From positions 1 through 24,606 of the forward strand of contig JAANOX010000194.1 in assembly GCA_020184695.1 (NCBI GenBank): a stretch of DNA of 24,606 nt. The letters run 5' to 3'. The stretch comes from Histomonas meleagridis 2922-C6/04-290x. Lineage: Eukaryota; Protista; Parabasalia. Positions 11,002 to 20,225 of the stretch are shown here, in pieces. The notes under the pieces are model-generated. The model was not told the origin of the DNA. It made no database searches and saw only the letters and a list, made by a program, of their open reading frames with translations. A program made the position numbers and the translations under genes. The stretch's first letter is position 1. Every line of letters starts with the position of its first letter.

Positions 11002-11883
11002 ATGACTACTGCGACTGAAGCTGACTTCTTCCAATTTGATGTCGAAGCTCAACGTGATTATCTTGAAGAAGGTCGAAAACGTCAAGACAAGAAATATTTC
11101 AAGCGTGTTTTTGTCACCCCACGTGCTTTGTTAACAATGATGAAACATTCCATCAAAGGAGCAAACGAAAAACCACTTCCAAAAGAAATTGTCGGTTTCC
11201 TTTACGGCAGAGCCAAGGAAGACAGTATTTATATTTCAGATGCTTTTGCAACATCTGTTATTGGTTCAGAAACACAAGTTATTGTTACTGACGAAGCCCA
11301 ATGGGATGTGATTGAGTTCAGGCGTTTATCTCCAATGTTTGGTCATAACGATTTACCAGTTGGTTGGTATCATTCACATCCAGGATTATATTGTTTCTTC
11401 TCACGAACTGATGTTATTTCACACCGTATTCAACAAAGTGCTTATGGTACATTTGTAGGTTTAGTTATTGATCCATGCAATACAACTTCATCTGGTAAAG
11501 TTCATCTTGGCGCATATATTACATTCCCAACTGATGACTTTGAAACTCCTATACCTGATGATGTGTTTGTTAAGTATGGAAGCGATGCAAACAATTATTA
11601 TGAACTTGATATCAAATACTTCACAACAAATTCCGACAGGAAAATCCTCGGTGAAATCATCCAGAAGTCATATGGTTTGTCAATAGGATGTTCCCCACTC
11701 CGTATTAATGCTGAATATCTTGGAAAAGGTGTTCAAGAAGTATCGGCTACTGTCAACAAATTCGGCACACCAAAAGAAAGAAATGGCGATGTGGACTCTG
11801 TGATAAAGAGAATCAACACTATCAACAATGATAGAAAGACTGGAATTTGGATTCACAAAATGAAAACTGCCGTTTTTGGATAA
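11002..11883 (+). CDS. CSN5: COP9 signalosome subunit 5-like JAMM/MPN+ metalloprotease
   Basis: 293 aa. YFKRVFVTPRALLTMMKH, EIVGFLYG, intact JAMM motif GWYHSHPGLYCFFSRTD, IDPCNTTSSGKVHLGAY and YYELDIKYF are all CSN5-type blocks. Confidence 0.85.
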   Translation: MTTATEADFFQFDVEAQRDYLEEGRKRQDKKYFKRVFVTPRALLTMMKHSIKGANEKPLPKEIVGFLYGRAKEDSIYISDAFATSVIGSETQVIVTDEAQWDVIEFRRLSPMFGHNDLPVGWYHSHPGLYCFFSRTDVISHRIQQSAYGTFVGLVIDPCNTTSSGKVHLGAYITFPTDDFETPIPDDVFVKYGSDANNYYELDIKYFTTNSDRKILGEIIQKSYGLSIGCSPLRINAEYLGKGVQEVSATVNKFGTPKERNGDVDSVIKRINTINNDRKTGIWIHKMKTAVFG

Positions 11884-12030
11884 TCTTTTAAAAGAGATTT
11901 AATTAATTTTTTGATAATCAGGCTGAGATAAGGCAGAGAATGAAGTTGCGCATTGCAAAATTGTGATTGAGATTTTATGTGAAATGTAATGTGATATGAA
12001 AAATTTCTATCGTTGTTTACAAAAATGTAA

Positions 12031-12272
12031 CGTCCTCCTAATCCAGAAACTGAATTCGTTAAATGGATTTTACCAAAGGAACTAAGAGCGCAGAAGTTCT
12101 TTAAATTTGATAGCATTTTAAATAGAATGTTTGTTTGGGTGGTGATTGCCAATACGCAATTTCTGATCTGGTTGAAGCAATCGGCTGGTCAAATGAATTC
12201 GAAGCATTGATGAATGAGAGACATGAAAATGTGTTGGTTTTTAAACATATAAAACAAATCAAATATATTTGA
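12031..12272 (+). pseudogene. C-terminal remnant of a Sir2/sirtuin deacetylase
   Basis: Restoring one A near 12126 gives ...FFKFDSILNRNVCLGGDCQYAISDLVEAIGWSNEFEALMNERHE..., matching the class I sirtuin tail (RDV.LLGDCD....L...LGW). No start codon or catalytic core upstream. Confidence 0.55.
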
Positions 12273-12293
12273 TTTTGAAATTTATTAAACAAC

Positions 12294-12680
<387 letters not shown>

Positions 12681-12847
12681 TTATTAAGTTAGAAAATCCC
12701 GGTAATATTATTGAAATTTTGGTGAAAAATATTGTCAATTCAGACCCATAATTTTGTAGTATATATCATAATAAAATTCCTTTCAAAATAAATAGGAGCA
12801 TAATGGCAAAAAAATGCTTTCGAATTTTTCCCTCCATTTTCACAAAT

Positions 12848-12853
12848 TCATTT
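12848..12853 (+). promoter_or_regulatory. Initiator (Inr) TCATTT of H3
   Basis: TCATTT 5 nt before the ATG at 12859. This places the true start at 12859, not the ORF-track start 12814. Confidence 0.7.
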
Positions 12854-12858
12854 CCAAA

Positions 12859-13275
12859 ATGGCTCGTACAAAACAAACAGCTCGTAAATCTACTGGTGGT
12901 AAGACTCCACGCAAATCACTCGGTGCTAAGGCAGCTCGTAAGTCAACACCAGTTGTTGATTCACAAGGCGCTAAGAAACAACATCGTTTCAGACCAGGTA
13001 CAGTTGCTCTTCGTGAAATTCGTAAATACCAAAAGAGCACAGACCTTTTAATCCGTAAGCTTCCATTCCAACGTCTTGTCCGTGAAATTGCGTCAGGATT
13101 TCGTGGTGATCTTCGTTTCCAATCATCAGCTATTGCAGCTCTTCAAGAAGCATCAGAAGCTTATCTTGTAGGACTCTTTGAAGATACAAACCTTTGTGCA
13201 ATTCATGCAAACCGTGTTACAATTATGGAACGTGATGTACAACTTGCACAACGCATTCGTGGTGAACGCAACTAA
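12859..13275 (+). CDS. H3: Histone H3 (parabasalid-type tail), divergent from H4
   Basis: 138 aa, [29 protein letters not shown]...[35 protein letters not shown]. The stop TAA forms a TAAA poly(A) signal. Confidence 0.99.
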   Translation: MARTKQTARKSTGGKTPRKSLGAKAARKSTPVVDSQGAKKQHRFRPGTVALREIRKYQKSTDLLIRKLPFQRLVREIASGFRGDLRFQSSAIAALQEASEAYLVGLFEDTNLCAIHANRVTIMERDVQLAQRIRGERN

Positions 13276-13469
13276 AATCAAACAAATCAATAAATAGTTA
13301 TCTCTCTCGGATAAATTTTTCTTTCCAACTTTCGAGATATTTATTTGTAATCTAAGTAAACTATACTTAGAAATTCGAACGAAGATGGAAAACTTTAATT
13401 AAACCTACAAAAATATATAAATATTATTAGAAATATATAAATATTCAACCAATGTCTAAATTTTATTTA

Positions 13470-14130
13470 TAAATTTTTTTCTTTAAAATCATCGTCGAAT
13501 AGATCTTCTTACAGATTAGATAATGATAAATTATTATCCTGAAATGAGCTTGTACTTCGTAATTACTTTGCTCATAATTTTCTTCTTCTTGTTCATCACT
13601 CGGATGTTTCTAATTATTGATCTTAATGAGCAAAATGACAAGCAAAGATATAACAATAATAGCACTAATTATTGAGCAAACAGTAATGATAATAACAATT
13701 CGATTTTCGAAAATCGAGTTTCTTTGAATTAGAAAAAAATGTGAAAAAGTATGAATTTCGAACATTTTCATCAAGCATAATATTTTCAATTTGATTACTT
13801 CTCGAAAATGAATAACCTGAAATATTAAAAATTTGATTTTGGTAATGAATATGATTTATTTATTGTACCTGGTGGATATATTATAATTATCGTGGTATAT
13901 TTATCATAAACAATACTATAATTTCGAATTCAATATTTATTCGAATACCTGATATATTTGGAGATAATAAATGAAATTAAATCCGAGATTGTATCTATTA
14001 TATACGTAAAAGGATAAGAAATTTCTGATGTATATTCTGAATTGGAATTTATACTAATGTAAAAGAATTCTATGAAAGTAAAGTATTAACATATATCTTC
14101 TATTAAATCCAACGAAAATCTGGAAGCATG
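13470..14130 (-). pseudogene. Degraded BspA-like (TpLRR) type I surface protein
   Basis: Minus strand SIVYDKYTTIIIIYPPGTINKSYSLPK (13840-13920; BspA-type LI.YP.G....SY.IP), TM helix IVIIITVCSIISAIIVISLLVILLI (about 13625-13700) and acidic tail EDLFDDDFKEK. Multiple stops and frameshifts; boundaries approximate. Confidence 0.55.
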
Positions 14131-14419
14131 TGCAAAATTTTTTTATTTTATTTTATTTTTTTGGGGTAGGATTAGAAAGGGTGAGTGAAGCAGATTTATA
14201 TTGGTATTTATTTGTTTATTTTCAGGCTTAAAAAATGATTTAATAAAATATTATTCGGAAATAAACAGACCCTATATAAAAGTGTGTTCATAAAATTCTC
14301 TAATCTGATCATTTCATAGAAGATTATTATGTATCGACAGTAAAAAATTTTTATAATAATGGAATTACATTTAATAAATCAATTTTTTCTAAATATAATA
14401 ATATTTTATTATCTACCAT

Positions 14420-14800
14420 TAAATCAATTAAACAACAACATTTATATAATTTACATAATCAAGAATATATACAAAAGATGTATAAAGATTAATACAAGAA
14501 TTCTAAATTAATTATTCATTAAGTATTAATATTAATAAAGAACAATATTGGAAATTATCATTGACATTATATTTAGATTAGAGACATAATTATTACTATC
14601 GAATAAATAATTTGATCAACATCAAATGGGATCTTTATTATGTGATTTACATGATCAAACAGGAGCATTATAAAGATTACAATCATTTAGACAAATAAAT
14701 TCAGATTCAACTAATTCAATAGAGACCACAACTATTGAAAATGAAAATGAAATAATAATGAAAATAAAATAAATATTGATGAGAGTAAAGAATACTATGA
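14420..14800 (+). pseudogene. Partial copy of the BEACH-protein pseudogene (pre-PH region)
   Basis: Near-identical to about 17777-18110 and 23657-24000 (AAATCAATTAAACAACAACATTTATATAAT...). Confidence 0.8.
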
Positions 14801-15015
14801 ACAGTAAATAATTTTGAGTGTTATTAAATGAATGATATTCTATAATGCATTTTTCATAATATTTTTCACAAAAATTATCATCAAATTATATGAAAATCAT
14901 GCAATGAAATATGATATAAAATATTCTATTTATCAAATTTCATGCGTTAATATTAATGTATTAAAACAAACTGAATTTAGGAAATGTTTATTTCAATATT
15001 GAAATATTTCCTCTT

Positions 15016-16600
15016 TTATCCTTGAGAATCTTTTAGTTTTATTATGTCATCACATTTATGATGTTGAATTTTGTCTGCAAATAATCGAATAATTTCTGCA
15101 TTTTTATTTTTTCTGATGCTATTATAAGCGCTGTTTTATATGTTTGAAAGTAATTCCAAATGTTTATATGAAATATCATATTATTTAAAAATACTTGAAA
15201 CAAAACAAATAAATATTTTTAGTATCGATATCAATTCTTTCTTGATCAAGAAGTAATTTAACTATTTTTGTATGACCTTTTGAAGATGCTAAAATAAGTG
15301 CTGTACTAAATAATTTAAATAATTTCCAAATATTATTTTGAAATACAAAATTATTAAAATAAATATCAAATAAAACAAATAAATACTTTTAGTATTAATA
15401 TCAATTCCTTCTTGTTCAAGAAGTAATTTAACTATTTCTGTATGACCTTCATAAGATGCCCAAATAAGTGCTGTTCTAAATAATTTCAATAATTTTCAAA
15501 TATTATTTTGAAATTAAAAATTATTAAAATAAATATTAAATAAAACAAACAAATATCTTTAGCATTAATATCAATTCCTTCTTGTTCAAGAAGTAATTTA
15601 ACTATTTCTGTATGACCATTTCTAGATGCCCATATAAGTGCTGTATAAAATAATTTAAATAATTTCCAAATATTATCTTGAAATAGTCCAAAATTATTAA
15701 AATAAATTTCAAATAAAACAAATAAATATCTTTCTCATTAATATCAATTCCTTCTTGTTCAAGAAGTAATTTAACTATTTCTGTGTAACCATTTAAAGAT
15801 GCATTAATAAGTGCTGTATCAAATATTTAAAATAATTTCCAAATATTATATTGAAATATAAAAATATTAAAATAAATTTCAATTAAAACAAATAAATATC
15901 TTTCTCATTAATATCAATTCCTTCTTGTTCAAGAAGTAATTTAACTATTTCTGTATGACCATTCCAAGATGCTCTAATAAGTGCTGTTTCAAATAATATA
16001 AATAATTTCCAAATATTATATTGAAATATAAAAATATTAAAATAAATTTCAATTAAAACAAATAAATATTTTTAGCATTAATATCAATTCCTTCTTGTTC
16101 AAGAAGTAATTTAACTATTTCTGTATGACCTTTTGAAGATGCCCAAATAAGTGCTGTTTTAAATAATTTAAATAATTTCCAAATATTATTTTGAAATAAA
16201 AAATTATTAAAATAAATTATAAATAAAACAAATAAATATCTTTAGCATTAATATCAATTCCTTCTTGTTCAAGAAGTAATTTAACTATTTCTGTATGACC
16301 TTCATAAGATGCCCAAATAAGTGCTGTTCGAAATAATTTGAATAATTTCCAAATATTATTTTGAAATACAAAATTATTAAAATAAATTTTAAATAAAACA
16401 AATAAATACCTTTAGCATTAATATCAATTCCTTCTTGTAAAAAAAGAACTTTTGTAACTTCAGAATGACCTTGGCGTGTTGCCCAATGAAGTGCTGTTTC
16501 ATTAATTTTTATACTAATTCCAAAAAAAATTATTAAACATTCAATATTCATGAGAAACATATTTACCATTAATATCAAATATTTTTTGTTCGATTTGCCA
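15016..16600 (-). repeat. Ankyrin cassette array A: 8 units of 170 bp (one of 173) plus a C-cap
   Basis: TGACC anchors at 15273, 15443, 15613, 15786, 15956, 16126, 16296 and 16466. Each unit encodes xTALIxASxxGHTEIVKLLLEQEGIDINAKx. C-cap KTALIIAS..NAEIIRLFADKIQHHKCDDIIKLKDSQG*, with an A-run frameshift. Confidence 0.95.
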
Positions 16601-17112
16601 TTTAATAAATGATACAAATTCTTTTTGGTGTTGAGAAGGCATCAGGTTGTGAATAAATTTGACACTTTTATATTTGGCATTTTTTATTATCTTTGTTTTC
16701 TTTTTCAATATATGACCCCCAGACTGGTAATAGTTGATATGAAAATATTAATATTTTGATAAAGTAAATACATATATATGTGATAAAAAGTTAATTTGGT
16801 CATATCTTGATACATCCTATTTATAATGTCATAAACATTAATTTATAACCAACATCAATTTCCTGAATCTCAAAGTCTGAAATAATAAAGTGTGATACTA
16901 TTGTTTTTTTATATATTTATATTAACTATGATCTGGAAGATTATTTATTTATCGAATTTATTAAAAAAAATATGATATAGATAAAAAAATATTTTAATTT
17001 TATTTTGGTGATATGATTTTTTTTATAATAAATCGAGTTAAATCATCCTGTTTTCAATGAAAATTATATTATTATCTCTATATTAATTCGCAAAAATATT
17101 ATTTTTTTTTTT

Positions 17113-17540
17113 TATGTTACAAGAACATTCACTTTGGTGTCATCAAGTTTATATTCAATATATAATGAAAATCCTAATTATATCATTAAAATAGAAGCAA
17201 AAATGAATATGAAAACAGTAAAAGATTTTTTTAATAATAAAGATGAATTGTTATATCCACCTGCAACACACTTTAAGATAACAAAAAATCCATGCACATG
17301 AAATTGTCGAAATTCTTCTAATAATATTCAATGTTCAGAAGAAAACATTATTTTTATTTATCTTTAAGAAATTGATTAAGGTTATGGACCAATAATAGAT
17401 GGAGATGCACCTCATGAAAATCCTCCATAAAATTATCCTGAAGTTGACCCAGAACCAGTTGGGCAATATAAACCAGAATTTATTGATTGTCCATTAGATA
17501 CATCAGAAGAACCCACACCAAAGAGCGAAAGTAAGTTTAC
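17113..17540 (+). pseudogene. ADP-ribosyltransferase-like (ART, R-S-E clade) domain remnant with Pro/acidic tail
   Basis: TFTLVSSSL (STS-like strand), IIKIEAKMNMKTVKDFFNNKDELLYPPATHFKIT (E.EVL.PP.T.F.I-like) and IIFIYL*EID, followed in frame by GYGPIIDGDAPHENPP*NYPEVDPEP. Four in-frame stops. Confidence 0.4.
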
Positions 17541-17599
17541 AAACTCTATAAAGATTAATATTTTACTGATATTTTTTGGCATCTAATATGGAATCCAAG

Positions 17600-20142
17600 C
17601 CAAGTTTTGATTTTTCTGACTTAATCAACTACTCTTTCATAAGTAAAAAAATATAACCAATTTAAACGAGATCCAATTCTTCTTGTAATATGAAACGAAC
17701 GTTAAAATAAAAGTTTTGACAAGTTTTGGAAAATGGTTGCAACAAATAATTTAAATCCAATAACGCAACTTCTCCAAATCAATTAAACAACAACATTTAT
17801 ATAATTTAAATAATCAAGAATATATACAAAAGATGTATAAAGATTAATACAAGAATTCTAAATTAATTATTCATTAAGTATTAATATTAATAAAGAACAA
17901 TATTGGAAATTATCATTGACATTATATTTAGATTAGAGACATAATTATTACTATCGAATAAATAATTTGATCAACATCAAATGGGATCTTTATTATGTGA
18001 TTTACATGATCAAACAGGAGCATTATAAAGATTACAATCATTTAGACAAATAAATTCAGATTCAACTAATTCAATAGAAACTACTACAATTGAAAATGAA
18101 AATGAAATAAATGTTGATGGTTCTAAAGAAGATACATATACATATTCATTTTCTTCACCATCACAACATATTAAATTAAATAATTTACTTCAATGTACAT
18201 TTTATCTTCATAATAATCAAGTTTTTTTCACGCCAGATAATATAAATAATAATATTCAACATCGATTAATTGAAAATAAACTCAAAGATTTATATATGGG
18301 AATACAAAGAAATCAACATCATATTCCAAGTGTTTTATGATAAAAAATTTATAATATTTCGAAATCAAAATATTCAGGAAACAGTTTTTAAAATAGATAA
18401 AAAATTAAAATTACCAAATTTGAAATATTTACAAACATCAAATTCATCAATGTTAAAACAAGAGAAAATTACCAAAAAATGGGGAAATGTCAAATTATAA
18501 ATATTTAATAATAATTAATTTTCAGGAATAAGTTTTAATGATTTAACACAACATCCGGTTTTTCCATTGGTATTAAAAGATTATCCAAATGAAACTATTG
18601 ATTTAAATGATCCGAATGTTTATCGATAATTAATTAAACATATTTAAGTAATAAATGAATATCTATTTGAACATTTCATGTAATTATTCTCAGAAATTGA
18701 TGAAGAAAACAAATTTATATATAAATTACATTATTCTAATTGATATTTTGTATCATATTATTTAATACGATTCGAACCATTTACAAGTATTAATATTAAA
18801 ATGCAAGATAATAAAATTTATCGATCAATTCGAATCTTTTCATCGAATCCTCATTTATGGGATGCTATAACATCAACAAATTTTTATGATTTTCCACGAT
18901 ATTTAAATCATTCAAATTATCTGAAATAAATTTAAATCAAATGGAACTAAAATTAATTAAGTAACATTACCTCAATGGAGTAAAAATGCTTATGATTTCA
19001 TATAGGGACATTGTGTATCATTAGAAAGTGATTCTTTAAGTAAGTTTAAATTTCCCTAAATGGAATGAATTAATATTTGGATATAAACAAAATGTGAAAT
19101 AATCAGTTTTAGCGAATAATACATTTCATCATCATACATCTTAAACAAATATGACTCAACAAGTATTATAATATCCAGAAAATTTAATTTTATATCAACA
19201 ATTTAGTAAAAGTTTTTGTACAATTCCAAATCAAATCTTTAAGAATCCACAACAAATGAAAAGTAACTTTTCGACAATTGTATAATTTTATTTTATCATT
19301 ATTTACACCGACATTACAAATTGAAATAAAATCGAAGCCAATATTTCATTGAACGACATTAAATAATATTTTAATTAATATTCCATCATTAGTTACTTTA
19401 ATATTAAAGAATAATACAAGTAAAAATATTTTTGATATTAGTTATTGTTTAACATGATTTCAATGTATTTCAGAGAGAACAATTTCATATCATTTCAACA
19501 AGAATATCTTAATTATATCAACATGTAATGATTGCACATTTCATATGCTTCAAATTGATATTAATAATTTCACTATTAAATTAATTAATTCACAACGACA
19601 ATATTCATTAATAAATACATTAAATGTTATGAGTACGAATGACATTGTTACAGCTTCACGAAATTATTTTATCATTAAATTGAACTTTACACGACCTGCG
19701 ACAATGAAATTCCAAATGAGTGCACAACAAGCGACGATTAATGATTTTGATATTTATATTGTAAGTAATTGATTAATTTGTTATAAATCACGAGAAATTT
19801 CATCATTTTATTTCTTCAATGTTTCATTTAATTATAATATTTTAATGTTAAAAATTCGTGCATCGCCTTGTATATTGATATGTTGTGAAATTATTAAAAA
19901 TATGGAATGTCCTTAAATAAAATCGAAGAATTGGAAATTCAAAGTCTGAAAATACGATGGTGCGAAATGATCATTGCGCATAAGGATTACGCGTTGTCAG
20001 TGTCCGACTTAAATAACAAGTTGACATTTATAATTTTTCTGTGTTTGAGGATTTTAAGTACATTCGAGTTACAGGACGCAGTCGTAACGATGTACTTCGA
20101 CTCAAAAACAAATGTACTCAATAGAATTCCATTAAACTTTAA
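17600..20142 (+). pseudogene. PH-BEACH(-WD40) domain protein pseudogene
   Basis: [36 protein letters not shown] (about 18520-18630), SYYLIRFEPFTS, VTLPQWSKNAYDFI*GHCVSLESD and LIFGYKQ are BEACH hallmarks. Many stops and shifts; boundaries approximate. Confidence 0.9.
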
Positions 20143-20225
20143 GAGTAAATAATTTTTAGTGTTATTAAATGAATGATATTCTCTAATTTTTTTTCATAAT
20201 ATTTTTCACAAAAATTATCATCAAA

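Larger units (their letters stand above)
14805..18594. repeat. Segmental duplication copy A (ankyrin array + ART-like + BEACH 5' part); copy B is 20143-24485
   Basis: AGTAAATAATTTT..GTGTTATTAAATGAATGATATTCT at about 14805 and 20145. Homology continues to GATTATCCAAATGAA (18594 / 24485). Copy B lacks about 160 bp (A 14909-15067, TGAA microhomology) and about 120 bp (A about 16915-17050). Confidence 0.95.

Noticed and set aside
11884-12293. snRNA or snoRNA in the GC-richer CSN5-H4 gap (GCAGAGA, TGATGA and CTGA-like boxes)
   Set aside because: The boxes are in the wrong order or context, and a sirtuin remnant explains the composition better.
13276-13330. Metazoan-type histone 3' stem-loop
   Set aside because: No GGYYYTTYTNARRRCC-like hairpin is present; a TAAA poly(A) signal overlaps the stop codon instead.
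17113-20142. Alternative genetic code (TAA/TAG = Gln) to explain in-frame stops
   Set aside because: Intact genes end in TAA and use CAA/CAG for Gln. The stops in BEACH and MULE fall at non-Gln positions and come with frameshifts.
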